From Blastocladiella emersonii ATCC 22665 (lineage: Eukaryota > Fungi > Blastocladiomycota), in NCBI GenBank assembly GCA_025594325.1, contig JANHCV010000011.1, forward strand, positions 186,001 to 250,000: a stretch of 64,000 nt of DNA, read 5' to 3'. Both the position numbers and the translations under genes were made by a program. The notes beneath the pieces were generated by a model. That model saw only the letters and a list, made by a program, of their open reading frames with translations, made no database searches and was not told the origin of the DNA. How positions within the stretch are numbered: position 1 is the stretch's first letter; every line of letters begins with the position of its first letter. Positions 21,879-34,025 of the stretch are shown piece after piece.

Positions 21879-24800
21879 CTACTCCTGGTCCATGGGCTCG
21901 TCCGCGTCAGGCGCCACGCCGTTCCCCGCGTCCTCGTCGGCGGGCGATGGCGGGACCGTGCTGACGTCGGCCTGGACGGCCTTGGGCGCCTTCTCCCACC
22001 CGTTCTCGCTGCCGGGGACGCGGCGCAGCTCGAGCGTCGGGAAGTAGTGCAGGCACAGCTTGACCGAGATGACGCACGGGACGAAATCGAAGCTGACGAG
22101 CTTGACGCGGACGTACGTCCCGTCGGCGATCCCGTCGACCGCCGCCAAAAACGCGTCGAGGTCGGGCGTCGCGCGGTCGTTGATGTGCGTGATGAACATG
22201 GTCGGCGACAGGCCGTACATGGTCGCGGGACTCCCCTCGCGGCGCGCCGCGACGTAGCAGCCCGACGGCAGCCGGCGGATCTGCTGGCGCACCGCGAGGT
22301 GCGGCGCCTGGATCAGGGCGCCGGCCCAGACGACGGCGCGCGCGGTGCCCGTCTCGAGCGGGGTCGGGGACACGGTGACCTGGATCACCTGCTTGTTGCG
22401 GACGACGTCGAGGACGAGCGGCTCGGCCGCGAACGTCGTGAGCCGCGCGACGTCGCGCACGCTCGACACGACGTGGCCGTCGATGGCGAGGACGAGGTCG
22501 AGCTCGCGCAGCACGCCGTCGCACGCGGAGCCGGCGGCGATCCGCTTGACGAGCAGCACGTGCCAGAACTTTTTCGCGTGGATCCGCTCGATCCACGACT
22601 CGGGCACGCCCATGGCGCGCGCCTTGACCAGCAGCACCTGGCTGAACTCGGCGTCGAGCGCGTGCAGGCCGAGCGACGGCAGCGGGTATGTGACGGGGGT
22701 GCCGGCGGTCGTCAGCTCGCGCACCTTGGCCACCACGCGCGACAGCTGCGGGTAGATGTCGGCCATTGGCAGGCCCATGGCGTACTCTACATTCGAGACG
22801 AGTCACTGTCAGCGTCACGTCACCTCAACCGAGAAGAAGCGAACCGTACCCATGTCCTGGCCCGAGTTGTTGTTGTGCTCGCCGAGGAACGTCATCCACA
22901 TGGCGACGACCTTGCCGGACGCGGGGTCGGCGAGGAACCCGGACATGCAGGTGCTGGCGACGGGCGAGTCGAGCGTGATCCCCTCAAAGTTGATGGCGCG
23001 CGCGCGGGGCTCGCCCGACGGCGGGACGACCATGAGCGTGAGGTCCGTGACCGTGGTGGCGACGTGGATGGGCCGCTGGCTGTCGGTCATGGCGAGGAAG
23101 TCGACCTTCTGCCCGGGCACGACGACGGGGGTGTCCGGGTCGATGGGCGCCGAGGTGACGGGCCCCGTGACGAGTTTCGCGTCGTACTGGACGATCGCGT
23201 AGTTCTGGATCGGGTGCACGAAGACGACCTTGGCGGGCACCTCGACCGAGTCCCAGAAGGCGACCTCGAGGATGCACACGTCCTGCGGGATGTGGGCGCG
23301 GGACACGAGGACGAGCCCGAGGTCGGCGTCGACGACGAGGCCGAATCCGGCGCGGCGCGACTTGGGGAACCCGTCGAGGACGAGCGGGAACGAGGCCGAC
23401 ACCTTGACGACGCTGCGCATGAGGCCGGCGACGGGGCCGAGCGAGTACTCGGGCATGACGGCGTTCTGGACCTTGAGCTCCTCGCGCGGCACCGACACGA
23501 CGTTGAGGTCCGTGTAGTCCCAGAGCCCGGTGCGGTCGTTGCGCACGGCCTTGCGGAAGGGCGCCCAGGTCTTGTCCATGGTGACGATCGAGACCGACTT
23601 GACGTGCACGTCAGCGATCGAGTAGAAGGTGACGGGGATCCGGGCGCCGTCGGGGATGCGCTGCAGGATGGCGACCATGTCGTCGAGGTTGGCGACGGGC
23701 TTGGAGTCGATGGCGTCAACGATCAGGCCGTGCGAGTAGCCGACGAACCGGAACGCGCCACCGGCCTGCGCCACGTACACGCCGCGCGCGGGCACGCCGT
23801 AGAAGCGCGCGAGCTGGTAGCTGAGGTTGTTGAACTTGGCGCCGCCGACCTCGACGAACGTGTCGGGCGTGACTGCGTGCAGGTCGGCCACGGGGATGCG
23901 CACCGAGATGGGCGTGCCGCCGCGCTCCACGTCAAACGTCAGCTCGCCGCCAATGTGCTCGTCGAGAAGCGCCTCGAGCGGGACGAACTTGGTGATGATC
24001 TGCCCGTTGCACTTGACCAGGATGTCGCCCTCCTCGAGCTTGCCGTGGGCGACCGAGTCGGGGACCACGCCGTCGACGACCAGCATACCGATCTCGGTCG
24101 AGTCGTGCGCGCGTACCGCGGCCTCGGTCTCGGGGCGCAGGCCGAACCGGCGCGCCTCGTCGTACGGGCGCAGCAGCCAGCGAGTCAGGATAGTGCCGCG
24201 GGGCACGGTCGGGTAGGCGTCCTCGTCGTGGCACTTTTGCAGGAGCTCGAGGGCGCGCACGACGCGGTCGAGCGGGAAGAAGAAGTTGGTGGCTGCCTGT
24301 GTCGCCCCACCAGCCTGCAGGGCGACGGCGTTGCCGCCGAGGTCGATGACGGGTGATCCGCTGGACCCGCCCGAGCTCGAGGACGCGGCCTGGATGTACG
24401 AGGTGTTGAAGTCATTGTAGGTGAGCTCGCCGTAGTCGGGGGTGTTGCGGTCGAGGCGCGAGATGGAGCCGGCGAGGATCGACAGCTTCTCGCCCGCGTC
24501 GTTGCCGCACACGCGGATGTCGAGGCCGACGCGCGCCAGGTCCGGGCGCAGCGGGATCGCGCGCACGGGCATGTACTTGATCTTGGACGGGTCGAACTTG
24601 AGGAAGCCGAAATCGTGGACTGCGAAGGGGGCAAGGCGGGTTAGTTGTCGGATGGGTTAGGGCCGAGCAAGGCGAAGCGTACTCGGATCACGATAGCTAG
24701 ACGAATTCGACGACCAGCAGTCAGTACAGGTCGCGCAACGCGCTGAGAGCGACTGAGAAAAGAACGCACATGGGGATCGCGTCGACCTCCTCGTGGTCGT

Positions 24801-25368
24801 GGCAGATGATGGTGCCGACAAACGGGCCGGGCCCAACGACGTGTCGGTTGGTCAGGATGATGCCGCGCTCGGCGTCGACGATGAAGCCAGTCGCCTGCGA
24901 GATGATGGCGGGCTCCGTGTCGAAGGGCACGGGGCACATGAAGGAGACGGAGACGACCGAGGGCACCGTGTGCTCGATCGTCTTTTGCCAGCGGCGCGCG
25001 AGGGCCGCGTCGTTGAGCTGCTCGGTCGCGGCCGTGTCGGGGAGTGTGCTCACGGCGGAGACGGGCGACCCGAGGACCGGGCTCCCGACGGCCGACGACG
25101 GCGGACCGGTGCGGCGGCGCTTGGCCGACGGCGACAGCGCGTCGGCGGGATCGCGGGCGCGCGTTGGCGAGGTGATGGGCGGGACGGCGGCCATGGTGGT
25201 GCAGTACGAGTGCGTGAATGCGGTCGGTCGGTGGCGGTGGTCGACACGCAGCAGGGGGCCGGCGATCCGTGTAGCGGCAAGAGGGCGGTCGGTCCGCGTC
25301 GCCCGGAAAGTCGATATGTTGCGCAAGAGGGAGATTCGCGTTCTCACCAAGAGCGGCGAGGAGAGCAT
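21879..25368 (-). CDS. NMA111: Nma111/Ynm3 HtrA-type serine protease with PDZ domains; introns 24697-24769, 24620-24682, 22787-22849; second in-frame ATG at 25194
   Basis: [24 protein letters not shown] (His), spliced [17 protein letters not shown] (Asp), GGSSGSPV (Ser), [16 protein letters not shown]-like SAKRRR. Confidence 0.93.
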
Positions 25369-25585
25369 GGCGTGCGGCGGAGACCGAAGCGAGAAAGGCG
25401 CGAGTGACGCGGCCGCGACTTGTCTCGCGGCAAGTGCGACACCCTCACGCGATGTCACGCGACCGAACGCCGACGCGCCTCGTTTCCTCTTCTCTCCTCC
25501 CCCTTTCCCTCTGCCCGCTCGTGCAGCGCAACGTATCGACACCACGCATCGACCACCCGACCCCGACCCGAGGACCTCCACCACT

Positions 25586-26823
25586 ATGCCGACCTGTGTT
25601 CGCAAGGGTGCGTCGCTGGCCCGCGCACGCACTCCACGAGCCCACCATCGCTGACGGCTGGCTCCGCACCGCGCATGCAGGCTGTGGCAAGACGTTCGAC
25701 GAGGCCACCAACGGCCAGGAGGCGTGCTCGTTCCACCCCGGCCCGCCCGTCTTCCACGAGGGGGTACGTGGCCGCCGCCCATCGGCGACACTTGGCAGGC
25801 CCTCACACGGCTTTCTTCAATGTGTAGCTCAAGGGCTGGTCGTGCTGCGCCAAGCGCGTCACCGACTTTGACAGCTTCCTCAAGATTGAGGGCTGTGCGC
25901 TCGGCCCGCACTCGACCGAGGCCGCCGAGCCTGTCGCTGCGCCCGCGCCCGCTGCCGCTGCGGCACCCGCTGCTGAGCCGAAGCCGGCTGCTGCTGCTGC
26001 GCCTGCGCCTGCCGCTGCGGCTCCGAAGCCTGCGACGCCCGCCCCCACTGCTACTTCGTCGTCCTCCGCGGCGCCCACCACCTTCTCAAACGCGGACTCG
26101 CCCGCGCCCGTGAAGCGGAACACGCAGCCCGCGGTCCCCGACCTCCCTGCCGCGGACCCCGCGGGCGCCGTGGTCGCGCCGGGCACGACGTGCCTGCGGC
26201 GCGGGTGCGGCGTCAAGTACGAGTCGGACGCGGTGACACGCGCGACCAAGTGCGTGCACCACCCGGGCGCGCCCATCTTCCACGAGGGGTCCAAGGGCTG
26301 GTCGTGCTGCTCGCGCAAGGTGCTCGAGTTTGATGAGTTTCTCAAGATCAAGGGATGCACCACCGCCGAGCACGTCTTCGTCAAGCCCGCCCCGTCCACG
26401 ACGGCCGCCGCCGAGCAGCAGGCGCAGGCGCCCGCGATCCGCCGCGACTGGTACCAGTCGCGCGAGCAGGTCATTGTCGCGCTGTACGCCAAGAAGGCCG
26501 ACAAGGCCAAGTCGCGCGTCGAGTTTGCCCCGCGCGGCGTGCGTGCCACCCTCGCCATGCCCGACGGCACTACCGCCAGCGTCGAGTTCTCCACGTTCCT
26601 GCCCATCGACCCCGAACGGTCCACCTTCGAGGTCCTCGGCACCAAGGTCGAGGTCATTTTGCACAAGGCCACCAGCATCTCGTGGCCCACCCTAGAGGCC
26701 CAGGACGGCGACGTCCCCGTCTCCATGTGGACCACGTTTGGCGCTACCGGGTCCAAGGTCGGCACCATCGGCGCAAAGGAAATGGACTACGCGGGCGACG
26801 CGCCTATCGGCGCGGCCAACTAG
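25586..26823 (+). CDS. CHORDC1: CHORD-CHORD-CS Hsp90 co-chaperone (CHORDC1/Rar1-like); introns 25608-25680 and 25764-25827
   Basis: Spliced CVRKGCGKTF...[20 protein letters not shown]; second CHORD CLRRGCG...[20 protein letters not shown]; CS domain [17 protein letters not shown]. Confidence 0.93.
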
Positions 26824-27055
26824 CTGATTCGACGGGTCGATGGGTGATGATGATGATGCGTGCGTGGATGTACACAGTTTTGGATTGCTCACTACTGTAC
26901 TGGATGGTCATAACCACGGTCGCCTCAGTACTGGCTCGCGCGCGTCACACTGAGGGACACTGATATCAAGCAATCGGGATGTATTCGCAAGTCTTACGCC
27001 AGCACGACAGCAGCAGCCCACCTCCATGGCCAGGTCAGAGCACCGGGGACCATCG

Positions 27056-27124
27056 GCGCGCGCGACGACGCTTCCGCAGCACTCGCGCGGGCGGCGCGTA
27101 CACTTTTCACGGCGCCCGCGCGAG
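27056..27124 (+). repeat. 69-nt diverged direct repeat with GC hairpin, copy 1
   Basis: 55/69 identity by ungapped manual alignment to 28174-28242. Perfect 12-bp stem CTCGCGCGGGCG (27082-27093) / CGCCCGCGCGAG (27113-27124). Confidence 0.7.
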
Positions 27125-28173
27125 TCCTGCGTGTTTCGACGTCGGACGCGCGATGTTCTCGGGCCCATTCCTGGGCAAACGGTGCAGGATGACCAGGATT
27201 TGAACGCGTAGCAGCATTCCACCGCCGTCGCGACGTTCTTCATGATTCTCACCGCGCCGTCTACGAGTGCCGTTGGCCGATGCTTCTTCGACGAGTCCCA
27301 CACGCGTCTCGAGGTACTGCAGTTGCGCGAACTTGGTTGGCCGGTGGTGGTGGCAGCCCAGGTGGTGCGAGTACCGCGTCCACTGGAACCCGTGCAGCAG
27401 ACCGCAGACGTCGAGCTTTGTTCCATACACCTGCGCGTTAGGTCTGGGTCGAGAACGACCAGGAGTGCTGCCGACCATGCCATGTCGTGGGTACTGTTGC
27501 TCGATGGCGGTGTCAAGGCTGTGCTCTTTGGCAAGTACGGCAAGTGATTAGCGAGCGGAGTGCCGCATGCTGAACACATATACGCTCTGTCGAGCTGGTT
27601 GAGTCGAAGAACCGGCAGCGGCGGTGTGCAATTCGAGCAGTTGAAGTCTCGAGCACGACAATCACCCAGTCACTCGCTTTCAAACTGGCCAGCCGCTGGC
27701 GAAATGCGGGATGTAACCTCGAATCGCCGTCGGCGCCAATCACCGGACAAAACGTCAAGCACGGTGGTTCATTTGCTTTGCATCAAGTGAGAGCAGCGGA
27801 ATAAGTGCGATGGGGGTGCATGAAAGGAGCAGGGTCGCGCTGAAGGCGGTCTGCGCGAGGGGGCGTGGACGTGGGACGTGTCGCTCATCTCGAACACGCG
27901 CCGCTCAACGCACCGATCTCGCAGACCTCGAACGCTCGTCGCATCAACCACCCTTGCTCACGTCGCTCACTCGAAGCATATATGATGGGTTTTCGTTGAC
28001 GGGGACTTGAGCATCATCACGCACGGGGGACAGTTGGGCCCGTCAGCGCAACGCTCAACGTGTAAACTCGGGCTCGTACGCTTCGCAAGGCGATTCTATT
28101 TACTCATCTCGGCACAGCAACACGACCGTGAACCACCGACGACCAACTTGGCCGCGCCAGATCCAGTCCCAAC

Positions 28174-28242
28174 GCGCGAGCGACGTCGTACCAGCAGCAC
28201 CCGCGCGGGCGGCGCACAATTTTTTCACGCCGCCGGCGCGAG
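28174..28242 (+). repeat. 69-nt diverged direct repeat with GC hairpin, copy 2
   Basis: Stem CGCGCGGGCGGCG / CGCCGCCGGCGCG (12 of 13 pairs) around the loop CACAATTTTTTCA. Confidence 0.7.
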
Positions 28243-29012
28243 GGCTGCTCAAACCAGCGTTGCTCGAGCGAAGGCCTTGAGTCCGACGCATTCGGCAAGG
28301 GTGCAGCGTGTCGCCAAGCCGCTCGGCTGTGTTTGAAGTCTGAGGCGTGTGCCAAGCTGTGTCGCTCCACCGCAGTTCAGAGTCGCCGCGATGGAGCTCA
28401 GAACTTGTCGCCCTTGTCGTCCCGAGTGTGTTGTCCAAGAATCACATCAAGCGGTTCCGGCCCGCAGCTCGTCCAGTCGGTGTTCGACTCGATCAAGCGG
28501 GCGGTCTTGACTCTTGAAATCAAAGTGCAAGCGCGTTCGGCGTGCGGTGGAAGGCAGGCGGCGAGTGCGATGCGGGCACGGCGACTCTGCTCGTACTACC
28601 CGGAAACATCTTCGCTACGACTGCAGCAAGGAGTTCAATGTCCAAGCCTTGAAAAATATCCCTTAACGACGCCAAATGTGTGAAACAAGCCGCGGAACTT
28701 GCTGGTGCTTTGACTTTGGTCCACAATCGAGCCTGCGGAGCTCGCGCGAGCCGCGCGGCGCGAATCCCTGGACCCACCGGGCGACGCATGGCCCACGTCT
28801 CAGCAGATTGCATCAAGTCATTTGCGTTGCATGGTGCTGCCGGAGGGTGGGGAGCAGAAGCGTTGAGAGCGTTACCGGTCAAGGCGGGCCGCGCGCGCGG
28901 TGCGCCACCATTGCGCCACACGGCTCGCGTCAACATGACCGATGGCCGCGCGCTGGCGACCATCGACTCTGCCTCTCCCTTCCCCCTCAGGCATCATCCG
29001 ACAACGAAGCTC

Positions 29013-29498
29013 ATGGATTCTACAAGCAGCAGCAACGGCAACCCCGTCGACTCGGGCGCGACCGCCAAGCCGGCGTCGTTCCGGCAGCGCATCGCGCATG
29101 ACCACCCGCAGCTCGTCCCGCTCAAGGTGTGCCAGGAGCGCGCCATGATAGAGGGGTACAAGTCCATGGGGCTCGGTACGCTCACCTTACGGACACGCCG
29201 TGGAGTCCTCGAACTCACACAGCCGCGACCGCGAGCAGCGACGGTCGGGACCTTCCTCATCGCCAAGCTCGCCCGCGTGCAGCCCAACAACGTCATTCTC
29301 GCGTCGGCCGGTACGCTCTCTCGCTCGTTCCTCATCGAAGCCGAGACCCGGCCGCTGACTGTGCGGGTTATAGGCGCGGGCGTGGTGTGCGGGTTCGGCG
29401 CGGCCGCGCTCTACTTTTCGGCGTGCACCGCATCGCTCGCGCACGAGCCGCTGCCGCCAGCAGCACCGGCGGCGTCGGGCCCGCAGGAGACGGCGTGA
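29013..29498 (+). CDS. Small two-TM protein, TMEM141-like; predicted introns 29176-29238 and 29311-29373
   Basis: HDHPQLVPLKVCQERAMIEG matches the HPxL....CQxxA...G pattern I recall from TMEM141, followed by two hydrophobic segments and a late Cys. Both introns are 63-nt GTACGC...AG. Confidence 0.6.
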   Translation: MDSTSSSNGNPVDSGATAKPASFRQRIAHDHPQLVPLKVCQERAMIEGYKSMGLGTLTLRTRRGVLELTQPRPRAATVGTFLIAKLARVQPNNVILASAGTLSRSFLIEAETRPLTVRVIGAGVVCGFGAAALYFSACTASLAHEPLPPAAPAASGPQETA

Positions 29499-29593
29499 TG
29501 TGTGTGTGTGTGAGGGGGGAAAGGGGGAAATGTATACTACATCCATGAACTCGAACCCGTCGCGCGCGCGCACGCTCGACCTTGGACGCCGGC

Positions 29594-29973
29594 TTAGACG
29601 TGCGTCAGCTTCTCGACCGTCTCGTGCTGCAGCTCCTCGATCGACTCGTCGGGCGAGTGGTCGGCCTTGACCGCCTACACACACGCGTGCGGGGGTCAGC
29701 GAGGGTGATCGGCGTGGTGATGCTCCACGACGGCGCGACGCGTACCGCTTCCGAGACACTGGCGGCGCCCTCGACCCAGTGGTCGCCCTGGCTCGACAGC
29801 GCCTCGTCGATGCCGGTGCCGGCCTCGTCCGTCATGTGCGAGCCCGGGTTGCACCCGCCGATCTCGGGGACGCGCGACGTCGTCGGCGACGAGTGCAGCG
29901 CCGCGGCGTGACGTGGCAGCAGCGTGGTGGCCGAGCGGCGCGCGAAGAGCTTGGTGGCGGTGATGGCGAACAT
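29594..29973 (-). CDS. Small protein with mitochondrial presequence (~103 aa); intron 29675-29745
   Basis: [29 protein letters not shown] presequence; spliced [27 protein letters not shown]. Confidence 0.7.
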
Positions 29974-30223
29974 GGTTTGATGCGTTGCGTTGCGTTGCGG
30001 GTGTGCGTGCTCTGTTCGAGGGGAGAGGGGAGCGGGGGGAGAGCGAAGAGCCAGCGTGGCCGAAGCGGCGCGGCCGTGGCTCAGCGCGACGAACGCGTCG
30101 CGTTCCCACACGCGTTGAGCGTGCAGATCGTTCCCGTGCCGCCGTGTCGTCACCCTCTGCGCGAGCGCGAGCGTGCATGTGAATTCTCTGTTATGGTTTC
30201 GCGCCCACCACCCAAAATCGGCA

Positions 30224-31641
30224 CTACTCGCTGTGCTCGGCGGCGCGGCGCGGGTCGGCGAAGGCCGTGTTCCACCGCAGCCGCTGGTTGATGTTGGCCA
30301 CCCAGTCGTCGCCGCCGCCGTCCTCGTGCGTGATGTACGGCACCGGGTCGCCCTGGCCGTGAATCTACACGGCCATCGTCGCGGTGAGACCTCGTGGCGG
30401 TGGCGTCGCGTGCGCTCTCTCCGTACATGGACCACGTCGTGCGACGACGTCAGCGGGCTGACCACCTTGCCGTCGACCGACAGCTCGAGCGACGTGCACC
30501 GCGCGCCGGGCACCTGGCGCAGCGAGATGAGCGCCGAGCTCGGGAACAGCGCCGGGCGGAACGACAGCGACATCGGGCACACGGGCGTCATGAGGATCCC
30601 GGGTACCTCCGGGTGCACGATCGGCCCGCCCGCGGACAGCGAGTACGCCGTCGAGCCCGTCGGCGACGCGATGATGAGGCTACAACGCGTGGGTCAGTTC
30701 ACTTCGCCCATCGCGGCGGACCAATCGGACGTACCCGTCGACGACGGCGCGCGTCAGCACCTGCCCGTTGACGCGGCACTCAATGGACGCGAGCGACGGC
30801 TGCGACGCGCGGTGCAGCAGCACCTCGTTCATGACCTGGAACCGCTTGATGGTCGTCGCCTTGAGCTGCTCCATCAGCTGGTCCGGCGACTTTGGCCGTG
30901 CTGGGCGCACCGCGGGTGGCTCGGCCGCGACCGCGACCGCGTACTCGCGCACCACCTGGCACACGAGCCGGTCACGGTACGAGAGCGACGCGCGGCCGTC
31001 GAAAACGCGTCCGAGCACGTCCTTGTACTCCTCGATCCCTGGCGGGCGCGATCGATCGGGCGTGAGTGAGGGATTCGATATATCAGCGGGTGAGGTGGAG
31101 TAGACGTACGGAACGGCGGCAGGAAGTTGAGGGTGCCCATGGAAAAGGACGCGACGGGCGGAACGTGGCCCTGGAACAGCGTCGAGATGTGCAGCAGCGT
31201 GCCGTCGCCGCCCAGCCCGACGACCAGGTTGAACGACTCGGCCTGCGCCTTGATCTCTACGCGAGCGCCGTGCGTGTCAGATCGGCTTGTCCCAACAACC
31301 GCAAGCCACAATGGACCCTTTGGCGTCATAAGCGAGCACACGGGCGCGAGATCGCGTGCCGACGCCGCGCGGTCGACATCAGCGACGCGCGCGTTGCTCT
31401 CCTCGCGCTGACACGCGAGCGTCGGCTGCGCCGCCGCGGGCCCGTCGCCGTCGCGGTCCTCGCAGATCACGTCGACCGTCGGGTGCTCCTGGCGCAGCCA
31501 CTTGGCCATGTCGACGGCGGCGCGCAGCGCGCGGGCGTCGTACTGCTTGCGGATCAGCAGCACGCGCGGGCGCGACAGCAGCGGCGGGAAGGCGAGTGTC
31601 TTGGGCCTCATTGCGGCGACACTAGGGTTCATCAGATGCAT
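30224..31641 (-). CDS. NAD(H) kinase, POS5-like, multi-exon
   Basis: [83 protein letters not shown]. Basic N-terminal extension. Confidence 0.92.
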
Positions 31642-31886
31642 GGGGCGAGGATGGGGGGAGAAAGGATCGGATGTGGCGAAGCGCAGGGATCAGCCGGGCC
31701 CGCGTGCGTGCGCGACGGTCACGCGTCGCGTCGTCGCGACGCGCCGCGAAAGTGTCTCCCACACCACGCGGCCGGGCGTGCTCCCGTTTCTGCGGTCCCC
31801 GGCGCTTCTTCTGCCCCCCTCACCGCGTCCACCGATTCATGTAACTGCCCTCGAGGACTCTCGCAACTAGCAGCATCGATTCCACC

Positions 31887-32835
31887 ATGGGCGTCTTTGG
31901 CAAAGTATGGCACCCGTCGCGTCCACGGAACCGTCCCCTCGATGCATCTGACGCGTCCCCGATGGCCGTGCGAGTAGAAGAAGAAGAGCGACGACTCGGC
32001 GCCCTCGTCGCCGACCAAGGAGGTCGCCTCGCCCAAGGCCGCGGCGTCGCTCGGCGACACGCCCAAGGCGGACAGCGATGCGCCGCCGCCCGCGCCCAAG
32101 CCCAAGAAGGGCGACCCCGACTACAAGCCGGGCCAGTCGTACACGCCCAAGGTGCGCGAGGGCAAGGAGGCCAAGCCCAAGACGGAGACGTCGGCGTCCG
32201 TGACGATCAAGGCGTCGGCGGCCATGGACTCGCCGCGGACCGGGTCCGTGTCGTCGTCGGGTGCGCTGGGCGAGCCGATGCCCGAGCGGCCGACGACGCG
32301 GTGCTGCTGCCTGTTCCACATGCCGACGTCGATCGTGCTCATGGTCGTGCTGCTGCTCGCCAACGACGTGTGGTTCGCGTGGATCTCCATGAACCAGCGC
32401 AACCAGGCCATCAACCTGTACGAGCAGATGCGCGCGACGTGGAAGGCGCAGGGCGCCATGGCCACGATGCGGCACGCGCAGGAGCTGCGCACGATCCTCG
32501 ACGCCAACGTGGTCGTGGCGCTCGTCGACATGGTGTTCACGCTGGTCGGGCTCGCCGGCGTCGACATGGAGTCGTTCCGCATCTTCCTCGTCTTCACCGT
32601 GTGGAAGGCGATCCAGTTCTGCTACTCGGTCTCCAGCTCGATCGTCACGCTCTACCTCATTCAGTACTTCCGCGGCGAGGCGTCCTCCCAGCGCGCCAAG
32701 GACCTGCTCAACTGGGAGACGGGCATCTCGTTCACGGGCCTAGTCCTCGAGTTCTACTTTTTGATCCTCTTCTGCATCTTCACCCACTACCTGCGCAAGC
32801 TGCGCAACTGGAAGCTCGCCACCTCGCTCAAGTAG
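31887..32835 (+). CDS. Hypothetical ~4-TM membrane protein; intron 31905-31977
   Basis: Exon 1 MGVFGK joins KKKSDD (MG plus polybasic N-terminus). RCCCLFH precedes four hydrophobic helices (LAPTM-like layout). Confidence 0.7.
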
Positions 32836-33154
32836 TGTCGCGCGAGGGGGGAGCGCGTGTGCGCTCGGTCGGGTGGATGGGGTTCGCTACATACACTTGA
32901 CGTTCTTAGCTTGTCCACACCCTAGATTGGTCGAGGAGCCAACTGGCTGGGACGGTGCGAGCATCGCAGCGGCAGTGTCGCACGACGCGTCTCGCATCTC
33001 TCACGCGAGCATCACATGAGCGTTCGGATTGGGAGACGCTGATCGTTTCGAGTGCTCGGCCGTGGCCGCTTCTCCTCCACCATCCACGAAGCTGATGAAA
33101 AATGTCTAGCACCGTGCTTCCAGGTGGGTGCAACATGTATCCCGTTGCACTGAG

Positions 33155-34025
33155 ATGTCCTTCGCGGGACCAGGTCAGGCTGATGGCGAGGTCGCACGGG
33201 TAGAGTCATTTTACGAGCAGTTGCCGAAGCGGTATCGCGCCGGTGAGGCCAAGGTGCGCCGCCCCACTGAGTGGCTGCGAGTGGACGATGGACTCACGCT
33301 GAGCGTGCGTACAGGAGAGCAACAAGGGCTTCAGCAAGACGCTGGTGCAGCAGATCATTGAGCAGCATGAGCCCTTCGTGCAGTCCAAGTACAGCTCGAC
33401 GGGCGCCGTGTCGTCGCTGTCGACGAGCCTGCCGCTCGACAACCTGCCCGAGCAGTTCCGCGCCAAGGGCAAGGACAAGGCGGCCGAGCGCCGCGAGCGC
33501 AAGGAGCTGCGCAAGCGCAAGTACCTGACGTCGCGCGAGCGCCGGAAGCTCAACCTGCTCAGCATCCCGACCGAGTGCCGCAAGTTCGACCTCCTGCTGC
33601 CGCTGCACCAGCTGTGGGAGCAGTACATGGTCGACCTGCGCACGTCCACGGCCGCTAGCGGGGCAGGGCCTAGCGACCAGTTCCTCGCCAAGCTCGTCAA
33701 GGCCGACTTTCACGGCGCTCTCCTCACGGGTACGTGTGCATCTCTCACTGAGAACTCGGCCGCGCTCACGCGACGTTCGGGTGTAGTGGTCCGCGCGACG
33801 TGCCCAACACGCATCGGGATCACGGGCATCGTGGTGCAGGAGACGAGCAACACGTTCAAGGTGGTGACGCGCAGCAACGAGCTCAAGTCGGTGGCCAAGG
33901 AGGGCACCGTCTTCTCGCTCGCCGTCAAGGGCACGCTGTACACGCTGTTCGGCAACCAGATCCGGTACCGGTCGAGCGAGCGCGCCGCGCGCAAGTTCAA
34001 GAGCAAGCCGACCATCGACATGTGA
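33155..34025 (+). CDS. POP4: RNase P/MRP subunit p29; introns 33254-33314 and 33730-33786
   Basis: LLPLHQLWEQYM, LVKADFHGALL, GITGIVVQETSNTFKVVT, K.GTVF, LFGNQIRYRSSERAARKFK. Confidence 0.92.

Noticed and set aside
27056-28242. The 69-nt direct repeats as LTRs or a CRISPR array
   Set aside because: Only two copies, 1.1 kb apart; no TG...CA ends, no gag/pol remnant, no regular spacers, and the host is eukaryotic.
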